Positions 16,529 through 24,441 of a stretch of 35,644 nucleotides of DNA are shown here, in pieces. Position numbers and translations under genes: made by a program. This DNA is from Elusimicrobiota bacterium. Its GTDB lineage: Bacteria > Elusimicrobiota > Elusimicrobia > Elusimicrobiales > UBA9959. The DNA lies in NCBI GenBank assembly GCA_030637365.1, contig DAOWGR010000007.1:1-35644 (forward strand). Reading direction: 5' to 3'. Position 1 is the stretch's first letter, and each line of letters starts with the position of its first letter. The notes beneath the pieces are model-generated. The model saw only the letters and a program-made list of their open reading frames with translations. It was not told the DNA's origin and searched no databases.

Positions 16529-17512
16529 ATGACTCAAGATTTTTCAAAGCAGCTTCACATACCGGAGAGTATTACCGTAGATGAAAAAACCGCGACCAAT
16601 AGCTATGCTAAATTTATAGCGGAGCCTTATGAAAGCGGATACGGGCATACCGTGGGTAATTCCATAAGAAGAGTCATGCTTTCAAGTTTGGATGGCGCGG
16701 CTATAGTTGCGGTTAGAATTAAAGGAGCCACCCACGAATATTCAACAATCAAAGGCGTTCAAGAAGATGTCATTAATATACTTTTGAATTTGAAAAAACT
16801 CAGGCTAAAAATGACCGGCGACGGCCCCGAGACGCTTTATGTTTCGCTTAAAGGAAAAAAGGAAGTTAAAGCTTCCGATATACGGGAAAATGCCAATATT
16901 AAGATTGTCAATAAGGATCTTGTGATAGCGCATCTTGAATCGGGAACGGAATTTGAGGCCGAATTTGAAGTTGCCAGAGGAGCGGGATATCTTACAAGCG
17001 AAGAAATAAAAGCCAGAATAAATTTGCCGATGGAATTTATTCCCATGGATTCTCTTTTTTCTCCCATACAAAAAGTTCATTATTTGGTGGAAAACGCGAG
17101 AGTCGGTCAAAGAACCGATTATGACAGGCTTGTGATTGAAGTGTGGACGGATGGGACCATCACGCCCGTTAAGGCGATTAATCAAACGGCCGCTTTGCTT
17201 AAAAAGTCTTTATTGCCTTTTCTCGGCGGAAAAGATAAATCCGGAGATAGTTCCAAGGTTCGGGCCACTGAAAAAGAATCTCAAAAAACGGATAGCGATT
17301 CGAGTATGTTTGAACAGGGAGTTGAAATGATTGAACTTTCGTCTCGCGCGTCAAATTGTTTAAAAGTTGCCGGCATAAGAACAATCGGAGAGCTTGTCCA
17401 TAGAACGGATGAAGATTTGCTGGCGGTTAAGAATTTCGGCAAAAAGTCCCTTGACGAAATAAAGGAAAAATTGGTGGAGATGGGCTTAGGTCTTGGCATT
17501 AAGGCCGAATAA
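16529..17512 (+). CDS. rpoA: DNA-directed RNA polymerase subunit alpha
   Basis: The NTD carries FIAEPYESGYGHTVGNSIRRVMLSSL. The CTD carries IELSSRASNCLKVAGIRTIGELVHRTDEDLLAVKNFGKKSLDEIKEKL. It has the canonical position. Confidence 0.97.
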   Translation: MTQDFSKQLHIPESITVDEKTATNSYAKFIAEPYESGYGHTVGNSIRRVMLSSLDGAAIVAVRIKGATHEYSTIKGVQEDVINILLNLKKLRLKMTGDGPETLYVSLKGKKEVKASDIRENANIKIVNKDLVIAHLESGTEFEAEFEVARGAGYLTSEEIKARINLPMEFIPMDSLFSPIQKVHYLVENARVGQRTDYDRLVIEVWTDGTITPVKAINQTAALLKKSLLPFLGGKDKSGDSSKVRATEKESQKTDSDSSMFEQGVEMIELSSRASNCLKVAGIRTIGELVHRTDEDLLAVKNFGKKSLDEIKEKLVEMGLGLGIKAE

Positions 17513-17515
17513 ATA

Positions 17516-17614
17516 ACGGCAGATTAAGATTGAGATTAAGAACAGCAATGTAAATAATTAAAATCAATATGTTTTTTAGTTTTTCTTAATCTTAACCTAA
17601 GCCTTGAACTGTTG
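17516..17614 (+). repeat. Intergenic hexamer-repeat hairpin element, copy C (rpoA-rplQ spacer)
   Basis: The outer stem 17516-17528 / 17603-17615 has 9 Watson-Crick, 3 G.U and 1 mismatch. The inner stem 17530-17542 / 17583-17595 has 12 Watson-Crick and 1 G.U. The right arm carries a ~7-nt bulge, about one extra hexamer. The element starts 4 nt after the rpoA stop and ends 16 nt before the rplQ ATG. Confidence 0.7.
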
Positions 17615-17629
17615 TTAACGGAGATTGAT

Positions 17630-17974
17630 ATGATTAAAAATTTAGGACGTAAAAAACTGTCTAAAACAGGTTCTCACAGAAAGGCGATGTACACCAATAT
17701 GACTCAGAGTCTTATAATGAGCGAGAAAATAAAAACCACATTGCCCAAAGCCAAAGAATTAAGAGGTTTTGTCGAGAGAATTATTACAGACGCCAAAAAG
17801 GGCAGAAAGCTTGAGGTTAGACGGATTATAAGGGATAGAGCGGCGTTTGATAAAATGTTTGATATTATCGCTCCCCGGTATAAAGAAAGAAGCGGCGGGT
17901 TTACTCGAATTATAAAAATCGGCTTTAGAAAAGGCGATGACGCTGAAATAGCGATGATTAAGTTGGTGGATTAA
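17630..17974 (+). CDS. rplQ: 50S ribosomal protein L17
   Basis: Carries LGRKKLSKTGSHRKAMYTNMTQSLIMSEKIKTTLPKAKELR. ATG 17630 has an ACGGAG SD 6 nt upstream. The track ORF opens at TTG 17612. Confidence 0.95.
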   Translation: MIKNLGRKKLSKTGSHRKAMYTNMTQSLIMSEKIKTTLPKAKELRGFVERIITDAKKGRKLEVRRIIRDRAAFDKMFDIIAPRYKERSGGFTRIIKIGFRKGDDAEIAMIKLVD

Positions 17975-19015
17975 ATGTTTGATTATTTTTTTAGTTTTTT
18001 TTCCAATGATATAGGGATAGATCTGGGAACAGCCAATACTCTTGTATATGTCAAGGGCAGAGGCATAGTTTTGAGAGAGCCTTCCGTAGTGGCGATTGAT
18101 AAAGATAAAAGGAGAGTCCTTGCCGTTGGCAGCGAGGCTAAGCTTATGCTTGGCAGGACTCCCTCCAATATAATGGCCGTTAGGCCTTTGAAGAATGGCG
18201 TTATCGCTGATTTTGAAGTTACGCAGGAAATGATTAAGTATTTCATTAGGAAAGTTCATAATAGAAAAAATCTTCTTCACCCCAGAATAGTTATAGGAAT
18301 TCCCGCCAGAATAACGGAAGTTGAGAAAAGAGCGGTTCAAGAGTCGGCTGAACAAGCCGGCGCGCGCGAAGTTTATTTGATTGAAGAGCCCATGGCGGCC
18401 GCCATAGGTTCGGACTTGCCTGTTTCGGACCCGCATGCCAGCATGATTTGCGATATAGGCGGCGGCACTACGGAGATAGCGGTTATTTCGCTTGGAGGAA
18501 TGGTTGTTTCCAGATCTTTGGATATTGCGGGCGATGAAATGGATGAGTGTATAGTGCAGTACTTTAAGAAAAAACATAATTTGGTAATTGGCGATACTAC
18601 GGCTGAACAAGTAAAAATAAAAATTGGTTCCGTTTTCCCACTTAAAGAAGAAAAAACCATAGAAGTAAAGGGAAGAGATCAGAATAAGGGTTTGCCTAAA
18701 ACCATTCTTGTTACATCCGAAGAAATACGACAAGCTTTAATGGAGCCCGTTCGTTTAATAGTGGAAGCTTTAAAACAGACTTTGGAAGAGACTCCGCCGG
18801 AATTGGCGGCTGATTTGATAGATAGAGGATTAGTGCTTGCCGGAGGCGGTTCTTTGATAAAGGGGTTTCCGGAATTACTTAGGCAAGAGACGGATCTTCC
18901 CGTTCATAGAGCGGCTGATCCTTTGAGTTGCGTGGCTTTAGGCTGCGGAAAATTTTTAGAAGAACTCGACAGTATACAGCAAAAAACCGATTTTCTTGGG
19001 TCTTATCGCAAATGA
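17975..19015 (+). CDS. mreB: Rod shape-determining actin homologue MreB
   Basis: Carries DIGIDLGTANTLVYVKGRGIVLREPSVVA, EEPMAAAIGSDLPV, ICDIGGGTTEIAVISLGG and LAGGGSLIKG. The ATG directly follows the rplQ TAA. Confidence 0.97.
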   Translation: MFDYFFSFFSNDIGIDLGTANTLVYVKGRGIVLREPSVVAIDKDKRRVLAVGSEAKLMLGRTPSNIMAVRPLKNGVIADFEVTQEMIKYFIRKVHNRKNLLHPRIVIGIPARITEVEKRAVQESAEQAGAREVYLIEEPMAAAIGSDLPVSDPHASMICDIGGGTTEIAVISLGGMVVSRSLDIAGDEMDECIVQYFKKKHNLVIGDTTAEQVKIKIGSVFPLKEEKTIEVKGRDQNKGLPKTILVTSEEIRQALMEPVRLIVEALKQTLEETPPELAADLIDRGLVLAGGGSLIKGFPELLRQETDLPVHRAADPLSCVALGCGKFLEELDSIQQKTDFLGSYRK

Positions 19016-19154
19016 TAAATATTATTAATTATACGCGTAAGAGAGCTTTATTAAAATATCACCCGTGTTTGCTTAACTTTAGCGCCGCCGGCGCCATGCT
19101 CTTTGCCTTTTATTAAATCGGTATTTTGCCTTTCTCAAGCCCCAAGGGGAATTG

Positions 19155-20024
19155 ATGCTAAAGGCTATAGGCAGTCACAAGGATATAACAAAAACCGTTG
19201 CGGCGATATATTTATCCATAGCGTGTTTTCTTCTGATTTTCCCCTCTTCCAAATTGGTTTATTCCGTTAGAGCGTTATTTAGCTATGTTCTTTATCCGGC
19301 TCTTAATTACGGAGCGACATCCGAATTTTATTTGCGCAATATTCCAAAGAACATTTCAAATCTTCTTAAAACCGATCAGGAAAATCGGCGGCTTTCCGCC
19401 TTGGTAGAAAATAATACCATTTTTTTAAATTACGCCGGCACGCTTATAAAAGAAAATGCGAGGCTGGTTAAGCTTCTTGATTTGAGTCCTTCTTTTGAAT
19501 GGAGGGGAACTTGGGCCAGAATTATCAATAAAAGTCCCGATAATTGTTACAGTTCTTTTTTTATTGATAAGGGGTCTGATTACGGTATTAAGGTCAATTA
19601 CACCGTTATAGCCGCCCACGGTGAAACAGTCGGTTTAGTCGGAAGGATTTTTGAAGTATATAATAATTTTTCCAAGGTGGTTTTAATTACCGATAATAGA
19701 TTTTCTTCCGTGGGTGTTTTTGGAAAAGAGGAAACTGAAAGTCTTATAGAAGGCCGCGGCGCGGAATTATTGAAAATGAGTCATATTACAATCAAAGCGG
19801 ATATCGCGAAAGATATGGATGTTTTCACCTCAAGAACCAGCATTCTTTTTCCTCAGGGAATTTCAATCGGAAAGGTGTCTAAAATATACTCTAAAAATAT
19901 GGTTATGAATTTTATTGAAGCGGATCTTTTGCCAACCATAAGCATTAATGTTATTAAAGAGGTTTATATTATTTCCAGAGATTTACCGAAGGAAATGCAT
20001 GATGTCAAGGTTTTAAGGAAATAA
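19155..20024 (+). CDS. mreC: Rod shape-determining protein MreC
   Basis: It has an N-terminal TM helix, a coiled-coil segment and a beta-rich C-terminal part (VIAAHGETVGLVGRIFEV). It sits between mreB and mreD. The start is ATG 19155, one codon after TTG 19152. Confidence 0.85.
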   Translation: MLKAIGSHKDITKTVAAIYLSIACFLLIFPSSKLVYSVRALFSYVLYPALNYGATSEFYLRNIPKNISNLLKTDQENRRLSALVENNTIFLNYAGTLIKENARLVKLLDLSPSFEWRGTWARIINKSPDNCYSSFFIDKGSDYGIKVNYTVIAAHGETVGLVGRIFEVYNNFSKVVLITDNRFSSVGVFGKEETESLIEGRGAELLKMSHITIKADIAKDMDVFTSRTSILFPQGISIGKVSKIYSKNMVMNFIEADLLPTISINVIKEVYIISRDLPKEMHDVKVLRK

Positions 20025-20030
20025 AAAACA

Positions 20031-20510
20031 ATGAAATTTATCGGGAATATATTTGTTTTTATCATTGTAAGCGTGGCTTATTGGCTGTTTAGTAATCATT
20101 TTTCATTTTTTCACATAGCTCCGAATATGCTTTTTACGGCGGCGATAAGTTTGGCCATACTTTTAAAGCCCGTAACAGCCCTCAGTTTTTGTTTTTTTTG
20201 GGGCTTGTATATGGATATGATGGGTATTAACGCTTTTGGCGCTTACGCTTTGATTTATACGCTTATGTGCTACGCGGTTCACATCAGTAAAAAGCGTTTT
20301 GATTTTGATATGCCGATTCCTCAAATCGTTCTTGTTTTTATATTGTCGGTTTTGGTGTTTTTATTTCATCAGATGTTATCTTTGATATTTACGGATGTTA
20401 ATCCGTTGCGATTAAAGGTTTTATTCGTGGAGCCGCTTGTCAATTCTTTATTGATGCCTTTTGTGTTCGCGATTTTCCATTATTTGAAAAGGAAACTGAA
20501 AATCCTATGA
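20031..20510 (+). CDS. mreD: Rod shape-determining protein MreD
   Basis: 159-aa polytopic membrane protein between mreC and mrdA. It overlaps mrdA by 4 nt. The call rests on context and topology. Confidence 0.8.
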   Translation: MKFIGNIFVFIIVSVAYWLFSNHFSFFHIAPNMLFTAAISLAILLKPVTALSFCFFWGLYMDMMGINAFGAYALIYTLMCYAVHISKKRFDFDMPIPQIVLVFILSVLVFLFHQMLSLIFTDVNPLRLKVLFVEPLVNSLLMPFVFAIFHYLKRKLKIL

Positions 20511-22300
20511 TTGAAAAGCAGTTGTCGCATAATCGGCTGAATTTTTTGAAAATTTCGGTTTATTTTCTGAGTTTTCTTTTCGTATTAAAAATCGTTAATC
20601 TTCAAATATTAAGGCATGACCATTATAAAGGCGTCGCGGAAAGAAATAAAACCAAAATTATTTCTCAAACGGCTTCCAGGGGAAGAATATTCACGAAAGA
20701 TAAGGTTCTTGTCGCCGGCAGCAGGCCTTCTTTTTCCCTTGTTTATTTTCCTATCGGAGGCATATCGGCGCAATACGCTGAATATCTTGCCGGCAGTCTT
20801 TCCAAATATTTAGATGTTTCTTTGGAGGAAATTAAAAAAAAGCTTTTCCTTGCGGTAAAAAGAGGAACTCCCGTAAGAATCGCGGAAAATTTATCCGATC
20901 ATAGCATGTTTTTGATTAGTGAGCTTAAAACCGTTTATCAGGGAATTAATATTATTACCGAGGCTCGGAGATTTTATCCAAAGAATAGTTTTTTAAGCCA
21001 TTTAATCGGATATATCGGTAAAATCAGTCCGGGGGAATGGAAGTATTTGCGCAACGATAAAAATTACAGTATGGATTCATATATAGGTAAAACGGGCGTT
21101 GAAAAAAGATTTGAAAAAGAGCTGAAGGGAAAAGACGGCGGTGTTTATTTGGAAGTTGATTCCAAGGGCAGGCTTATGCAAATTTTGGAGGGCAAGAAGA
21201 GCGTTAGAGGTTCAAATATTTATTTGACCATAGATTCCAAGGTTCAGGTCGCGGCTGAAGAAGGGTTAAGGGCGACGGGCAGCGGCAGCGGAGCCGTTGT
21301 GGCCGTTAATCCCCGCAATGGCGCTATTCTGGCTTTTGCTTCCTTGCCGGATTTTGATTTAAACGCTTTTGTTCGGAGAGCCGGCGCCAATGGAAACCTT
21401 AAAAACATTAAAGAATTTAATTATGCCACGCAAGGCACTTTTCCACCGGCTTCAACATTTAAAATTATAGTCGCGGCCGCGGCGCTTGAAACGGGAAAGA
21501 TTGATTTGAAGGAAAAAATTTTTTGTCCGGGATATTTTGACGCGGGCAGCAGAGTTTTTAAATGCTGGAAAAAAGAAGGACACGGCTTGACGGATTTTTA
21601 TGAAGGCATGACTCATTCATGCGATGTCTACTATTATAATATCGGAATCAGGACAGGTCCTTTGAATATTGAGAAATACGCCAAAATATTCAGGCTTGGA
21701 GTTCCCACCGGCATCAATATGCCGCATGAAAAATCCGGAAATGTATTTGGACCTTCAAGAAGAGCAAAGAAAAAAAGTTACTGGTTTATAGGGGATACTC
21801 TTAATTTAAGCATAGGACAGGGAGAAATGCTGGTTACTCCCGTTCAGATGGCGCAGGTTATAGCCGCCGTGGCAAATAAAGGCAAGTTTTGGCAGCCTTA
21901 TTATATTGATGAAGTGGTTAATTTGAAGGGTTATAAAACATTTGAATCAAAGCCAAAACTTTTAAGTAATATAAATTTAAAGAAATCCACATGGATTCAT
22001 TTAAGAGAATCTTTAAAAAAGGTTGTTTTACAGGGAACCGGTTATTCCGCCAGAATAAAAGGCGCGGATGTTTATGGTAAGACGGGAACCGCTCAGAATC
22101 CTCATGGCGAAGATCACGCGTGGTTTGTGGCTTTCGCCCAAATAGACGACAATCCTTCGGAAATCGCGGTTTGTGTTTTGGTTGAGCATGGAGAGCATGG
22201 CTCTTCGGCCGCGGCGCCCATTGCCAGACGCGTTATTGAAGCTGCGCTCAGGCACAAGTTGACGAAGCCGCCTGTGCGACGGCAGGTAGCAGGGCAATAG
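20507..22300 (+). CDS. mrdA: Penicillin-binding protein 2 (elongasome class B transpeptidase)
   Basis: It has an N-terminal TM anchor and a PBP dimerisation domain. Transpeptidase motifs are STFK (PPASTFKII), SCD (THSCDVYYY) and KTGTA. It lies in mreBCD/rodA context. Confidence 0.94.
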   Translation: MIEKQLSHNRLNFLKISVYFLSFLFVLKIVNLQILRHDHYKGVAERNKTKIISQTASRGRIFTKDKVLVAGSRPSFSLVYFPIGGISAQYAEYLAGSLSKYLDVSLEEIKKKLFLAVKRGTPVRIAENLSDHSMFLISELKTVYQGINIITEARRFYPKNSFLSHLIGYIGKISPGEWKYLRNDKNYSMDSYIGKTGVEKRFEKELKGKDGGVYLEVDSKGRLMQILEGKKSVRGSNIYLTIDSKVQVAAEEGLRATGSGSGAVVAVNPRNGAILAFASLPDFDLNAFVRRAGANGNLKNIKEFNYATQGTFPPASTFKIIVAAAALETGKIDLKEKIFCPGYFDAGSRVFKCWKKEGHGLTDFYEGMTHSCDVYYYNIGIRTGPLNIEKYAKIFRLGVPTGINMPHEKSGNVFGPSRRAKKKSYWFIGDTLNLSIGQGEMLVTPVQMAQVIAAVANKGKFWQPYYIDEVVNLKGYKTFESKPKLLSNINLKKSTWIHLRESLKKVVLQGTGYSARIKGADVYGKTGTAQNPHGEDHAWFVAFAQIDDNPSEIAVCVLVEHGEHGSSAAAPIARRVIEAALRHKLTKPPVRRQVAGQ

Positions 22301-22334
22301 GTGGCAGGTGTGTAGGAGACAGGTAGATTAAAAA

Positions 22335-23672
22335 ATGTTTTTACAAAAATCAAAAACAAAGAAAAGTAAAATGGACTGGGTTTTTTTTGGCGTTGTCGCG
22401 ATATTATTGGCGATAGGAACAATATCTATTTTTTCTTCGGTTGTCGCGCTTCCCAATCAGCTGAAAATAGTAAGAACGCATCTTTTGGCTCTTCCAATCG
22501 CGTTTACCGCTTTTTTCGTTATGTGGAATTTTAATTATCAAATTTTTCAAGATCAATGGAAAATTGTTTATTCCGTCATGATTATCGCTTTAGTTGGAGT
22601 ATTGTTTTTCGGTATTGCGGATAAGGGAGCTCAATCGTGGTTTAGGCTGCCCTTTTTTTCCGTGCAGCCTTCGGAATTTGTAAGAATAGGTTTAATACTT
22701 GTTATGGCGAATTATCTGGATAAAAATATCGGCAAGATAAAAGAGTTTTCAACTGTTTTGGGAGTTTTATTTATATCGGCCCCGATTTTTTTCTTGCTTA
22801 TTAAGCAGCCCGATTTTTCGGCTATTATGACAATGCTGCCCATAGTTTTAGTAATGCTTTTTTGCGCTGGCGCGAGATTGTTCCATATTTTTTTAATTAT
22901 GGGTTTTGCTTTTATAACCGTCTTATTGCCGATTTTGTGGACTATGATAGATTTAAATCCGGAACTCATGCAAAATTCCTTTATTAATTTCTTTTACGGT
23001 CTTTCGCGCGTTAATTGGCATTTGGCCGCTGTTTTTGTGATTTTGATTTTTTTGGGATACGCGTTATGGTTTATATTTTCAGAGTTTTATCGGAATATAT
23101 CAAAGATTTATTTTATTGGCATAGTGGCGGTTATAACATTGGGTTTATTTTCGGGCATCGCGGTGAAAAAGCAAATGAAACACTATCAGCAGAAAAGATT
23201 GGAGGTGTTTCTTTCTCCCAATACCGATCCTAAGGGAGCGGGATATAATTTAATTCAGGCTCAAGTGGCGATAGGTTCGGGCGGACTTATGGGAAAGGGA
23301 GTTTTTTCCGGGACGCAGGCAAAATTGGGTTTCGTTCCCGAGAGGCATACTGATTTTATTTTGGCGGTAATAGGCGAAGAAATGGGATTTGTCGGTATGA
23401 TATTGGTTATGGGTTTATATGTGTTTTTAATGAGAAGAGTTGTAAATACGGCGTATATGGCCAAGGATAGGTTTGGTTATTTGGTAAATTCCGGCATATT
23501 TGGAATGTTTTTGGTTTATTTTAGCGTTAATTTCGGCATGCTTTTGGGTTTAAATCCTGTCGCGGGCGTGCCTTTGCCGCTGCTGTCTTACGGCGGTTCA
23601 AATTTGGTTTCCACAATGATAGCGATAGGAATAACGCAATCCATTTATTCCAGAAGGTTCGCGTTGACATAG
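22335..23672 (+). CDS. rodA: SEDS-family peptidoglycan glycosyltransferase RodA
   Basis: FtsW/RodA/SpoVE motifs are present: GSGGLMGKG, PERHTDFILAVIGEEMGFVG, PLPLLSYGGSN. It follows mrdA. The start is uncertain between 22335 and 22371. Confidence 0.93.
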   Translation: MFLQKSKTKKSKMDWVFFGVVAILLAIGTISIFSSVVALPNQLKIVRTHLLALPIAFTAFFVMWNFNYQIFQDQWKIVYSVMIIALVGVLFFGIADKGAQSWFRLPFFSVQPSEFVRIGLILVMANYLDKNIGKIKEFSTVLGVLFISAPIFFLLIKQPDFSAIMTMLPIVLVMLFCAGARLFHIFLIMGFAFITVLLPILWTMIDLNPELMQNSFINFFYGLSRVNWHLAAVFVILIFLGYALWFIFSEFYRNISKIYFIGIVAVITLGLFSGIAVKKQMKHYQQKRLEVFLSPNTDPKGAGYNLIQAQVAIGSGGLMGKGVFSGTQAKLGFVPERHTDFILAVIGEEMGFVGMILVMGLYVFLMRRVVNTAYMAKDRFGYLVNSGIFGMFLVYFSVNFGMLLGLNPVAGVPLPLLSYGGSNLVSTMIAIGITQSIYSRRFALT

Positions 23673-23741
23673 AGAAACAGTGCGTAAGCGCGAAAGCGCG
23701 GAAGAAACAAACAGAAAGAAGCAGTGAGAACTACGGAAATT

Positions 23742-24440
23742 ATGAATAAAATTAAAGATATGGATAAAGTTATTTCTCCAAAATACAGATTGCGAATTAA
23801 ATTTTCCCGAACGGGTGAAGCCGTAAATATAACTCATTTGGAGCAAATGAGAGAAATTCGCAAAGGAGTTGTTTTATCCGAGATTCCCGTTTTTAAGGCC
23901 AATAATAAAAAGGCTTTTCCTAAAATTTCGTTTGGTCCGGCGATTAGCATGGGATATGAAAGCTTATGCGAGTTTGCTGATATTTATCTGACGGAATTGG
24001 CGAAAGAAAATAATATAAAAGCGATATTTGATAAAATGGAGATTTCCGGCATTAATTTTGTTTCGGCTAAAAGGATTCCTTTATTGTTTCCATCGCTGGA
24101 ATCAAGCGTAAACGCGGTAGAATATGAAGTGAGAGGAGAGTTTTTGGAAGATTTTTCTCAAGATAAAATCAAGCGGGCTCTTTTAAAGAGAGAGTTGATT
24201 TTTGAGAAAATTAAAGACGGTAAAACAGCGAAAAAAATAAATTTCCGGCCGCTTATAATTAAAATGGAGCATCACAAAGAAGCTGGCTTGGTGATTTTGG
24301 TTTTAAGGATTAAACCGGGTTTTAATATCAAGCCTGAAGAAGCCGTTAAATTTATTGCCGGAAGTTCGGCTAAAATAACGGGTATTTTAAAAAAACAACT
24401 CTACTGGATTAATTCCGGCGGGGAATTCGAGGTTTTCTAA
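23742..24440 (+). CDS. DUF2344 / TIGR03936-like (radical SAM-linked) protein
   Basis: YRLRIKFSRTGEAVNITHLEQMREIRKGV...FPKISFGPAISMGYESLCEFADIYL matches the DUF2344 N-terminal pattern. The start is uncertain among GTG 23724, ATG 23742 and ATG 23760. The stop lies 1 nt before the RNase gene. Confidence 0.7.
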   Translation: MNKIKDMDKVISPKYRLRIKFSRTGEAVNITHLEQMREIRKGVVLSEIPVFKANNKKAFPKISFGPAISMGYESLCEFADIYLTELAKENNIKAIFDKMEISGINFVSAKRIPLLFPSLESSVNAVEYEVRGEFLEDFSQDKIKRALLKRELIFEKIKDGKTAKKINFRPLIIKMEHHKEAGLVILVLRIKPGFNIKPEEAVKFIAGSSAKITGILKKQLYWINSGGEFEVF

Positions 24441-24441
24441 T

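Noticed and set aside
17759-18733. 324-aa ORF on the minus strand
   Set aside because: It lies entirely antisense to mreB and rplQ, whose homology is unambiguous. Its composition is rich in Asn, Phe, Ile, Tyr and Ser, typical of a shadow ORF in AT-rich DNA.
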